Shown here: positions 1 through 12,199 of the stretch, piece by piece | Layout: every line of letters begins with the position of its first letter | How positions within the stretch are numbered: the first letter of the stretch is position 1 | DNA from: Piromyces finnis finn | Lineage: Eukaryota; Fungi; Neocallimastigomycota | Direction of reading: 5' to 3' | NCBI GenBank assembly: GCA_002104945.1 | Contig: MCFH01000024.1 | Coordinates: 558,001 to 622,000, forward strand | Length of the DNA stretch: 64,000 bases | The notes under the pieces: model-generated | The model's database searches: none | What the model was told of the DNA's origin: nothing | The model's input: only the letters and a program-made list of their open reading frames with translations | Made by a program: the position numbers and the translations under genes

Positions 1-583
1 TAGAAGCAGCAATATTGAAAATCTTTTGACCATCGCCACCAGCTAAGTTTAATTGACCGTTTAATAACTTGGTAGTAATTTCAAAGATATCCTTAATAGC
101 AGCAGCAATACCTTGAACAGTAACTTCTCTACATTTAGTAACTTCCTTTTGAACGACTTGACGTAAATCACCCTTAGTAGATTCTAAAAAGTAATCGACT
201 AACTTTGCTAAAATTGGAATATCACCAATAGCACGGGTGTCATTACTCATTTCACCACCAACACTTTCAACTATATATAATATAAAAAAAACATTTCATA
301 TATATATTGTTATTATTCTGATCATATAATAAAAAATAAATAAATAAAAATGACAATAAGCTTTAACTATGTTGAAACTTTATTCTAGAGAATATATTTT
401 TTCTATTTTCTTTTCTTTTTATTTACTTTTTGAATTACACTATAGCAATTTGTACTGTTTTATTTTGTTATATTTTTATTCTGTATTATTACTATTTCTA
501 TTATTTTCATTATTATTTTTCTTATTATTATTATTATTATGTCACATACCGGCAGCTTTAGCAATATCTTTAATAAAATCCAT
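1..583 (-). CDS. Unknown protein, 3'-truncated by window edge; exons 583-550 and 270-<1 (MDFIKDIAKAAVESVGGEMSNDTRAIGDIPILAKLVDYFLESTKG...)
   Basis: ATG at 583, donor G|GTATGT at 550/549, acceptor TATAG| at 271/270. The spliced frame stays open to the window edge with codon choices typical of well-expressed genes (GCT, GGT, AAG, TAC). No family recognised. Confidence 0.7.
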
Positions 584-3388
584 GATACTTTTTACAAGAT
601 AATATTGATCTCAATAAATCAAAATTAGGTGTAAAGAAAAAAAAAAAAAAAAAAAAAAAGAAAATTTGTTCTCTTTATATAAATTAATTTTTTTTTAATA
701 ATTGAACTTTATAAATTAATATAAATATGGTATTAGTAATATAAAAATTTTATAATTAAAACTGACTTTAATTTAACAAAAAAAATTTAATTATTATTTA
801 TTATATAATTATTATGGATATAAAAATTAATTATAATATTTATAAAAAAATATATATATATTGGTATTATAAATTCTTTTTATTTTTATTATATATAATT
901 TTATATTATTATTATCGATATTATTACTCTAATTATTATTTTAATCTTTATATTTTTTTATTTTCATTATATTAATTTTGGCTTTTAGCTTTTGGCTTTC
1001 TCTATAATAATTCTGGCAATAAAAAATAATACTTATCAAAATATAGTAAAAAAAAAAAAAAAAAAACTGTCTATGCCTCTTTTTATTATATTAAAATAAT
1101 TATTGATACATAAATTAAAATTATATTAATATAAATAATAATATTATTTTATATTTATAAATTTTTATTTGTTATAAATTGTTTATTTTATTTACAATAT
1201 ATATAGATAATATATATAAATCTAAATTATATATTCATTGTATCCAATAAATTATATTGAGGATATATTATTAATTGACATTGTAAACTATATTATAATA
1301 TATTTAGAATACACTTCAATATATATTATAAAATAATGAATGGCAAAAAAGGAAAAGTTCAAAAGTTTTATTGAAAAACAAGAAATTGGCAGGTATATTA
1401 TAATAATAAATAATAACTATTTCTTTTATAGATAAAAAGACAACTAAAATAGGTTAAGAGCAAGGCATTAAAAAACAATAAATAAATGATTAATAAAAAC
1501 TATATTATTAATAATCAACATTAGTTCTCTACATCTATTATTACTATAAATTAGTATTAACAAAAAATAATTCAATCCCTTTTTTTCTTTTACACCTTCT
1601 AGACTATAAGAATTTGTTTATAAAAAAAAAAAGTTAGTAATGTATTTTACGATAACAAATAAAAAATGATGCTATAAAATATTGAAAGAAATGAAAAAAG
1701 AAACATGAATGCAATAAAAAAATTAAAATGAAATTGAATAATTGTATATAGAGAAAAATGTTTACAAATTGATTATATGTTTTGTTACATATCCCTTTTT
1801 ATGATTACAATGTAATTATAATGATTATATAGAATAATTATTCCATAAAGAATTTTTTTTAAAAAAAAAAAAGAAGATTAATTAATTCCACTTTATATCA
1901 GCTATTAACCATTACATTAAAATTAATGAGCCATATTTCAAAAGTTAATTCACAACAATTTATTACAACAAAAAACTAAAAGATTAATAAAATTCAATTT
2001 TCAAAAAAAAAAAAAAAAATAATGTATGGACGGATGGATGATCCACTAAAAAAAAAAGATTTAATAGTAACACAATTTAAATAATTCAAAGGATTAAATG
2101 CTAGGAATTAATTTTTTATTAATATAATAAAATATATAAAGATGATAATTCATTCATACCCACATATTATTGAACATAGTTTCGTTTATATTTTCTATCC
2201 ATTTAAAGGTAATATCGAGTACTTTTCATATCATAGGTTCAATCTTTGATTACATTATTTATAATTAATGATCGTTTAATACTTGCCACATTTTTAATGC
2301 TATTTCTTGGTCCAAGAAAAATGAATATCAATATATATATCAATAGAGTATGTATTATACATAATATATTATTATATATCAATTTTATATATACTAATAG
2401 ATTATTAATATAAAATAAATAAAACAATTGAAAAGAATTAATCATAAATTAAATTTTTTTAATAAACTCCAAATGGCTTATAGCATCTTATAGATTCACC
2501 TTTTTGTGGTAGAGAAGAAGTACTTTTTTTTAAAAGTCATTTTCAATTTACAATTTATATATCTATTTTTTATTATTTAAAATAAAATATTTTATTACAT
2601 TTATATATATATTATTTATTATTTATTTATTTTTGTTTTCTTTTTTTTATTTATTGTGGTGTGTTTATTTAATATTTATATTATTATATATTATATTGTT
2701 TGAGTTGAATTAATATATTATTTACGTTGAATTAGGTAATAAATTATTAAATATAAAAGGTCTTGTCAATTTTACTTTTTTCCTTCTTTTTAAAAAAACT
2801 ATTTTACTATCCACAACGTTTTATCAAAAAATGTTGTTCAATATTAAAATAGAATTAAAATAGAAATAATTAAAATTAAAAGACTTTTTTTTATTATCAT
2901 TATTTATATATTATATTATTTTATATTTTATATTTAAATAGGATTTCTTATATATATTTATAGGTAATCTTTTAATATTAAAAAAAAAATAATAAAATAA
3001 AAATTAAATAAAAACTTTAACTCAATAAAAAAAAAATATTATTTTTTTTATTTTCATTCTATTTAATTTCTATTTTAATATATGAAGAAAATAGGAAAAG
3101 TATATTTGGAATTTTAATGTATTGATTTATATAGGAATTTGTTTTTAGCTTTTTTTTTTTTTTTTTTTGAGGATGATTCATATTCTCTTTTTAAAATTAT
3201 TATTTCTTTTTTCTTCCTATATATATTTTAATTATATTTATAGATATATGATAATATATATTTATGTAACTGGGATTAAATATAATTATTTTTAATAAGG
3301 ACCTCTTTTTTTTTTTTTTTTGAATAAACTTATTTAAAAACATTATATACCATCCTCTTCAATTTCATTCCTTTATGGTAATTAATTA

Positions 3389-6001
3389 CTAATAACCTCC
3401 TTGGCCATTACCATTATTTGGTGGTGGTGGAATGTATACACTGTTTGGATCATTTGGATCATATGGTTGTGGTTCATAGTTTGGATCATATCCACCGTAT
3501 GGTGGTGGTGGTCCTTGACCATTATTTGGTGGTGGTGGAATGTATACACTGTTTGGATCATTTGGATCATATGGTTGTGGTTCATAGTTTGGATCATATC
3601 CACCGTATGGTGGTGGTGGTCCTTGACCATTATTTGGTGGTGGTGGAATGTATACACTGTTTGGATCATTTGGATCATATGGTTGTGGTTCATAGTTTGG
3701 ATCATATCCACCGTATGGTGGTTGGCCATATGGTGGTTGGCCATAACCTCCTCCATATGGTGGATTATCTGGATCCATGTATGGTGGTGGTGGAATGTAT
3801 ACACTGTTTGGATCATTTGGATCATATGGTTGTGGTTCATAAGTTGGTTCTGGAGTTTGTGTAGTAGTGGTGGTAGTAGTGGTGGTAGTAGTAGTGGTGG
3901 TAGTAGTAGTAGTGGTAGTAGTAGTGGTAGTGGTCTTTTTACCAGTATATTCATTAATACCGCACCAGTCATTATTTTCAATACTCCAAGTTTTACCATT
4001 AGAAGAAGTATAGAATACTTCAGTATTAGTTTCACAACATGGATAACCTCTTTCTAAAGACCAACATTCAATTAAACACCATGTATTACCTTCAATACCC
4101 CAATCACCTGAAATATCATTGGTAATAATAGAGGCCTTTGGATCACTACAACATGGATAACCAGTATTCCTACAACCACCAAGATGCTGTTCTAATTTAA
4201 TTGAAGTAGCTGATTTTTCTGGAAGTCTATAACTACCACCTTCTAAATATTCTTGAGCAAAGGAACAATCAATATCGTACTTTTTACAAACGAATCTAAA
4301 TCTTTCGATAATCCAACGCTTGACACCATAAATTTCATCAATATCATTATAGTGGATTTCATCAATGTACTTCTTAAGGAAATAGTTATAATGACCGGCA
4401 TTTCTAATATGATCAGCAATAGTGAAACCATTTTCAACCTTTATTTCTGGACGAGGAAAGTGACCTGGACGCTTAGTTGTTTCCTTTTCTGGTAATCTAT
4501 CTTCTAAAACATATGGATATAAGTAATCTAATAATTCATTAATACGTGGGATAAGTTTAACTGGATTAAAACCATTAATAACAAATTCCTTAATAGTATT
4601 AACTAATTGAGTATTGTGGTTATTTAATTCAAGTTTTTGATAAAGTGGTAAAGTCATTTCAAGTGATTCTTCAGTAAAAGATAAATTTGGATCTGGTTTT
4701 TTGTAAGCACCAAAATCACTATCAAAATCGTAAAGGAAATTCATCCATTTACCATTAATTTCATTATAGAAGAGATATTGGTTATGTTGTGGGGTAACAT
4801 GATCCCAAGAACCAGTTAAATACTTATAAGCTTGCCACTTAATATATAAATCGGTATCAAAGAATTGGCTAATTTCTTCAGCATTTTTAGCCTTTTCAAA
4901 TTTTGCATTTAAAGCTTGAATGTTAGCATCACCTTCTTCTTCGGTAGCATCATTCATACAATTGAAGTATTTAGATGTACCATATTTACTATCACATTCA
5001 TAAACATAAGTAGAATTTGAAATACCAAAGTTATATTCAAACCATTGACTTTTTGGAACATCACGAAGTAAATATAAACCCATATTATCATCATTAATAT
5101 ATACAATAGTGTATGTTGCTTCAACAGAAGGAATATCTAAAACATTACATAAATCATAACCTAACTTTGAACGAATGAAACTTGGATCAACGACTTCAGA
5201 ACGTAATCTAATTTGTTGTCTACCAAATAATTCACCATTATTAATCTTAATATTGTATTGTTGCTTTTCGAAAGCTCTTGTGTATTTACCACCAATAGAA
5301 AATTTTATAGATGGCTTTTTGGTTTTTTTACTATTGAATTTTTATTACAAGATATTAAAAGTAAAATAATAATATTATTTAAAAATTTATCAAAAAAATA
5401 ATATTTATTAAAATTTAGCTTTTTTTTTAATAAATTCTTTATATTTATTATTTATACTATGAATATTGGACCTTTTTAAAAGATTCAATAATCTATTATA
5501 TTTTTTTTTACTTTTTTCTACTTACCCATTAACAATAAAATCGAGTGAAGCTTTCTTATCTTCAAATTCTGGAATTTCATACTTGTATCTTTGAGAAAAT
5601 ACATCTCTAAGAGTAAGTTTACTTCCTGTTGAAATAATACCTTCAAATTCATCAAAAGAAAGTTCTGGTCTGTTAACAAGATTCTTTTGGGTTGATGATA
5701 ATTTATTAACATCAACATGTTCATCCTTGATAAGATTATTTAAAATCATAGTGTAATTATTATAAGAAGCTTTATAACAATCAATGTTTTCATTATCAAT
5801 TGTAGGATGTGTATCATATAAACATTGATAGGTTAAACGGAAACGCTTGTAACTTTCTTCAGATAAATTAATGCGAAGAGTTGGCATATTTAATTCAGTA
5901 ATTTCGAATAATTCAGCTCTTTCTATACCATTAAAATAATCGGTAGCTTTGGAAAGACCAAAGCAAAGAGCTGAAGCTAATGAAATAATTTTAAATTTCA
6001 T
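3389..6001 (-). CDS. cotH: Secreted CotH-family kinase with two fungal dockerin (NCDD/CBM10-like) domains, poly-Thr linker and Pro/Tyr-rich repeat tail; join(6001-5526, 5330-3389), ~805 aa
   Basis: Signal peptide MKFKIISLASALCFGLSKA. Intron GG|GTAAG...CAATAG| joins ORF 5522-6001 in frame to ORF 3389-5083. CotH motifs SIGGKYTRAFEK, IRLRSEVVDPSFIRSKLGYD, GSWDH..HNQYLF, YDFDSDFG. Dockerins GYPCCSDP..DWGIEGNTWC and GYPCCETN..WSIENNDWCGI. Confidence 0.9.
3405..3842 (-). repeat. Coding tandem repeat, 108-bp (36-aa) unit, in CotH C-terminal tail
   Basis: attatttggtggtggtggaatg recurs at 3413, 3521 and 3629 (period 108). The core YEPQPYDPNDPNSVYIPPPP occurs 4 times. Confidence 0.95.
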
Positions 6002-9000
6002 TATTGCTTATTTATTAATATTAAATAAATTATATACTTTTTTTATACTGTTTAATGTTTTTCTTTCTTTATTTTAATTTCCTTATATCTAAATTATTTC
6101 TTCCTTTTTTTCTCTCTTTTTTTAAATTATTGAATATACGTGTTATTATTAACAGGTGATATATATTCAATAATATGACTTAAATTATTTTTTAAACTAT
6201 TATTATTATTAATATTATTACTATTATTTTTTCCCAGAAACAAATAATAGTTCTAGTATAATAATTTTTTTACTTTAATAAAAAAAATTACTATCTATCT
6301 ATATTATATTATAATAATAGGTCTAAGGTTTTTTTAAAAAAGAGTTATTTTGAAAAGGTAAAAATTTCCTGGTTTTTTATCTTTTTTATAGGTTTAGCAT
6401 TTTAATATTATTTAAAATTTTAATATAACAATTTTTATTAAATAAATATTATTTTTTAATTTTTAATTATAATTAGTTTTTGGTTCATTTAATTTTGAAT
6501 AAAATAATAATAACCTAATATGATAATATTAATTTCAATTACTAATAAAAAAAGTTACTATTATTACTTTATTAATATTATAACAATATTTAATCAAATT
6601 TTAATATTAATAAAAATGAACTTTTAATGTATAAAAAAATTTCATTTTTAATTTAAAACAATTTGAAAAGTAAATTTAGGTTTAATAAAGTTTATTTATT
6701 ATGTTTATTAAATTTAATTTAATAAAGGTAATTACAAAGATTTTAATAATACATTTACAAATTCCTTTTTATACTAAAGTATGTGGCTAATGTAAATTAG
6801 TAATACTATATGCTACGATTATTCTAAGAAACATTACATTAGTAATTACATTATAATTTTATTATTAATTAAAGTTTAATATTAGTAATATAAATTTTTA
6901 TTAGTAATTTAAGTTCTAGCTAAATTCTATTCTTTCACAATTTAAACATTGTATTCAAAAATTAATGATGTTATATTACTATTGAATCAAATTTAAATTA
7001 AAAAAATAAAAAAATGATTGTTAAAATAAAAAGAAAAAAAAATATGTGCATGTGTAACAAAAAAAGGTAAAAGAGAGAAAATGGTAATTACTAATTATTA
7101 CACCTAGTTTATATAATATTATAGCATTATTAAATATTCTTAATAATTTTTTTATCACATATTTAAATCGAATTATTCATATTTTTTTTCTAAATTAAAG
7201 CATCCAAAAAATTATATAATAATTAAAGTTACATAATCTTGAATAAATTTAATTGCTTTAATTAAAAACTTATTGTTTTAGTTTTAAATATCAAATTTAA
7301 TTTTTATTATTATTCTTATTATATAGAATTGATTGACTATTAATAAAAAAAATAAGAATAAAATAAATTTAAAAAAAAAAAGGTGATAGAAACAAATTGT
7401 AAGGAAAAAAAACAAAGAATCAAGTAAGGTAAAATATATTAAGAAAGCGTAATACCTCCTTAATTATTAATCTTTTTATTCCTTTCTTAAAACCTCAATT
7501 TATTCATTAGTTAATTATTTTCACCAATAAAATATATAATGACCAATAATATTAGATAATAAATAGATTGGACTTTATCATAATCATTATTAATACTGTT
7601 ACTATTTAATTTTTTCTATTTTAATATTTGATATATTTCATGATTAATATAGTTGTATTACGTTTAACAAAATAAATTAAATTATTAAGTTTATTTAATA
7701 TTAAATTTTAGTAAAATAACTTAGAAGAGTAAACCTTATTAAATAATGAAAATGGAATAGTTTCATAACATTTCAAACTAATAATAACTAATAACTAATA
7801 AAAAATTTGATAAAAAATAATTGTTCTTTATAAAAATTAAATATCAGTAAATAGAAATAAACTTATTTTTTAAGTATCCTTTAAATTCTTATAATTTTAT
7901 TTAAAATTAGGCATTTTCTTTTTCCTATTATTAGTATTATATTATGATAATTAAACTCTTTATAGTTGACAATTTTTATAATAATCAAAACTTTAAAATA
8001 TTTATTTTATACTAGATGTCTCCTAAATCGTGGTTTATATTAACTCAATTTAAGATGTTTGTTCCTATAATAGAAATATATTATACTTTTATATTATTAA
8101 TATATATAAATATAATAACTTTCCAAATACAATAGAAATTGTTAAAAATAAAAAAATATATAATATGAAAATAAAAAAACAATAAACTTAATCCATTAAA
8201 TAATATGTAAAAAGATATTTACATTATTTGAATATTATTTATAATAAAACTAAAAAAAAAAAAGTATTAAAAAAAGAGAAAAAGGGATTAATAGTAAATA
8301 TAAAAATAATGATTAATAAATAATATCAATTATTATTCCTTTTTAATAACACTATTTTAATAGAAATGATTGTTTCTAAAGTTACTTTTAAAGTTTTAAA
8401 TTATATGAATAAAATTTTAATATTAAAAAAAAAAAAGAAAATTTTAATATTCTAAAAAATATTTAATATACACAAAAGGAATTTGATAATACTAAAAATA
8501 TGAAAGATCGTCATTTTTTAAAAAAAAAATATCTAAATTAAAAGTTTATAATTACACACAATAATTTTAAAACTAAAAATGAATTAACAATAATTAAAGA
8601 AAAAAAAAAAAGAGTTTTTTTTTTAAAAAATAACAAATAGATTAAATACTATAATAATAATAATAATATTATTATTATTACTCTATAATTAAAAGACAGT
8701 AGTTTTTTCAATTCGTCCTATAAAATATATTAGTAATGGCATTATTATAACTTTTGCCATAGTATGTATCAATATGTATCAGAACTTTAACAAATAATTA
8801 AATCATTATGAAGAATTAATCATCACAAATTTTTATATTATGATTAAAATTAATTTTTTAAAATTGATTTCTGTTGGTGTAATTTTTTTATAAATGTTTC
8901 ATGACTCAATCTATTAAATGTTTTCTATTTTTCAATTTATTATTTATTAAAGTTTACTTTCCTTCATATTTGAAAAAGTTAATTAAAGTAACCATTTCCA

Positions 9001-10380
9001 TAAAAATTTAAATAATGAAACATAAATTTAAATTTATATCTATTTAAAAGTCAATAATCAATGAATGGTTTATATTGATATAAATAATATTGACTTATAG
9101 GAGATTTATATAGAATAAAATGTAAAAAAAATATTGTTGGTTATAATTTAATTTATTTTTAATTAATATTATTATATTTGTTGTTAATTTAATTTTAATT
9201 AATTTTTGAATATATCATATAAAAAAAACAATGATTTTTTTTTAACATAAAATAAAGGACGAAAACTATACTATATTCAAATGATACAACTAACTATTGA
9301 CAAAATTAATTTATGATAAAGTTAATTTTCATATTTCATATTTTATTTAATCATTAAGGTATGAGGTTTTTTATAGAGGTTTATTCAAAAAAAAAAAAAG
9401 ATCAATATTTTTTTTATACAATTTATATAGTACAATAAAGAAATAAGTTGAGAAAACATATCACTGTTGTTGTTAAATATTTTAATTATACAATTATCAT
9501 AATTATTATAAGATATTCATATTTATAATCATAACCTAAAAAACTTGCATAAAAGAAAATGGGAGTTATAGAAATCTTTTTATTTCATATAAATAATTAG
9601 CAATACTACTTTTATTAGAATAAAAAAAGTAATATTGTTAATTATTAAGAAATATATAAACTAACTAAATAAAAATTTTAAACAGTAAATAAAATATAAT
9701 TATATTTTTTAGCTTGGACGAATACCATTAAATGAAAAGAAAGTAGTAAGGATATTAAATTTTTAAAATATTAAAAGATTACTTCAAATAGAAAGATTTT
9801 GATGCTATTTTAAACATAATTGGGTAAGTATCAATATATACAGCTCACTTATTTTTACAAAGGAAAAACTATGTGTAGATTGAAGTAATCCCTTGATGTG
9901 CCAAGTATTTTTTTTTATCTTTACTATATATTTTTGGTATCAATAGAGCAAAGTTTATTTTTATTTATTTAAATTAAATTTTTACTTTATCCTTTTTTGG
10001 TAATCTATCAATTAATTTAGTACGGTATATATAATAACAATAAAATTAAATTTTAAATTAAATTAATGAAATCTTAATTTAAATAAACTTAATATAAACC
10101 TTATTTATTATAAAATACTTAAGTATTGTTTATGCTAATTTTTTAAAAAGTTAACTTAAAAGAAGGTTTTTATAATAATTATTGTTAGAAAACAAATGAA
10201 TTAAAGATTAAATAAGTGTCAACGAAATTAAATATAATTGAAAGATATTTTTAGATTATTGAATGACTTTGTTGTATACCTTCAAATACGTTTAAAATCA
10301 TTGTATTAAATTATTCATTGTTAAGGCATAAGCCACTTTTAGTATAAATAAGAGTAAATTCAAATAATTTTGAAAAATAT

Positions 10381-10898
10381 AATCAGTAATTACTTACCCC
10401 GCAGATGTCAGTGCCTGTGGATTTTCCCACTGGGTTTGCCATGGGTTGGATTATGATATTCAGGTAAGTATAAATGAACTTTCTAATTTACTACTATGAT
10501 AATAACACTCGTCTAGCCGGCCGGCCTGAGAGGGTCTAGTGTACATGGTACATTCCAAATTAGAATTTAATAAGTGGTGACTTAGGATATGCCAAAAACA
10601 CACAATATTCCTTAATCAATTTAAGTGTAAACATTAGGGGGCGGTTGACACATGATCAAATTGACTATAAGAGGCTTAGCATTGTAGTTGTGAAATATCG
10701 TACAACGACATGCATCTAATGTACATGGATTAAGTGAGTGTCGAAGCTGAAGAAACAGTATGACAGACCAGGAGGGTCACAACCACCTAGCAATAGGAAT
10801 GAGCCAATGTTTCTCTAAGAACCACCATTGGGGCTAATACCGATCGATGGTAAAATGCACTCAGAAGTTAAAAATAAAAAAAAATCAGTAATTACTTA
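10381..10898 (+). mobile_element. Candidate retroposed non-coding insertion (486 bp) with 16-bp target-site duplication and A-rich tail
   Basis: AATCAGTAATTACTTA at 10381-10396 and 10883-10898. Enclosed sequence is ~40% GC (192/486 by hand count) in very AT-rich surroundings. A-rich run at 10870-10882. No long ORF on either strand. Confidence 0.65.
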
Positions 10899-10940
10899 TT
10901 ATTAATAAATATAAATAAACTTTATTTTAAAACAAAATAA

Positions 10941-10999
10941 TATTTATTTATTTAGTTAGTTAGTTATTTAGTTATATATTTATGTATTTATTTATTTAT

Positions 11000-11034
<35 letters not shown>

Positions 11035-11075
11035 TTTAGTTATTTATTTATGTATTTATTTATTTATTTAGTTAG

Positions 11076-11126
<51 letters not shown>

Positions 11127-11178
11127 TTTGTTTGTTTGTTTGTTTGTTTGTTGTTTGTTTAGTTATTTATTTATTTGT

Positions 11179-11225
<47 letters not shown>

Positions 11226-11330
11226 TTCATTCATTCATTCATTTATTTATTTATTTATTTAGTTAGTTAGTTAGTTAGTTAGTTATTTAGTTATTTATTT
11301 ATGTATTTATTTATTTATTTAGTTAGTTAG

Positions 11331-11385
<55 letters not shown>

Positions 11386-11442
11386 TTTGTTTGTTTGTTT
11401 GTTTGTTTGTTTGTTTGTTTGTTTAGTTATTTATTTATTTGT

Positions 11443-11477
<35 letters not shown>

Positions 11478-11540
11478 TTCATTCATTCATTCATTTATTT
11501 ATTTATTTATTTAGTTAGTTAGTTAGTTAGTTAGTTATTT
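10941..11540. repeat. Compound tetranucleotide microsatellite (TTTA/TTAG/TTTG/TTCA) with ~250-bp higher-order duplication
   Basis: Direct reading. The marker tatgta recurs at 10981, 11049 and 11300, and the block order is repeated after 11049 and 11300. Confidence 0.9.
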
Positions 11541-12199
11541 AATAGAACATATTTAACTTTTTTTTAATAAAATGATATTTAATTTTAATTAACCAATAGT
11601 ATTCAAAGATTAATTTCTTTTTAATGAAAAAAAGATGAAACATAAACAAAATAATAATAAAGAATAATAAAAAAATATATATATTAAATAATTGACTTTA
11701 GAACTCACTTATCTTATAGCACACCTTTTTCAACATCATCATCATAATAAAAACTTAATAATAGAATAAAAATAATTTTTATATATTATTATTTATAATT
11801 ATTAGTATTACCTTTTTTTTTAAGACACCTTTTTTCCTAAATTTTCCACTTTTCCATCAAATTTTGTGTTTAATTATTTAAATTAAATTTTCTAATTAAA
11901 TTTTCTTTTTTTTTTTCTTGAAAAAATGTTTACAAAGTTTATTTCATATAAGTACTATTGATTATAATATATTATCTAATATATGAATTTTATTAATAAA
12001 AACTATAGAAAAAAACTAGAAACTAAAAAGTAAAATATTTTTTGTTTTTGTTTTTTTTTCATTATTTAATAAACAAAAAAAAAAAAAAAGATAATCAAAT
12101 TTTAAAATTAAATTTTAAAAAAAAAAACAATAATTTTAAATTTGTGAAAATACATTTCAATTTAATTTCTTTTCATCAAATTTATATTGAAAAAGTAAA

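Noticed and set aside
3405-3842. Regularly spaced repeats resembling a CRISPR array
   Set aside because: Units are contiguous and identical with no unique spacers, lie in frame in a eukaryotic CDS, and no cas genes are present.
3382-4057. Three extra ORFs (3382-4035 -, 3401-4057 +, 3418-3864 +) rich in H/W/V
   Set aside because: Alternative-frame and antisense shadows of the stop-poor 108-bp CotH repeat.
9705-9900. Exon-like fragments with a GG|GTAAGT donor
   Set aside because: All frames contain stops and no protein family is recognisable; at most a decayed pseudogene.
10459-10471. ATACTTACCTG on the minus strand, identical to the U1 snRNA 5' end
   Set aside because: The following sequence has no U1 stem-loops or Sm site. 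It is simply the complement of a consensus 5' splice site on the + strand.
10641-10675. Bacterial promoter-like TTGACA...TATAAG
   Set aside because: 15-bp spacing, eukaryotic context and no downstream ORF.
10690-10760. Hammerhead-like CTGAAGA with upstream GAAA
   Set aside because: Stems I and II cannot be formed and the would-be cleavage triplet is AUG rather than NUH.
10397-10840. RNase MRP-like CR-V (ACCATTGGGGCTAAT) pairing with 5' CCCC
   Set aside because: The required GAAAGUCCCC CR-I motif is absent; only 4 bp of the P4-like helix can form. An Rfam search would settle it.
10515-10842. 16S rRNA-like words (GGCCTGAGAGGG; GGGGCTAATACCG)
   Set aside because: Short, in the wrong order relative to 16S, with no intervening similarity; not an rRNA fragment.
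11050-11262. 70-aa YLFI-repeat ORF
   Set aside because: Translation of the (TTTA)n microsatellite.
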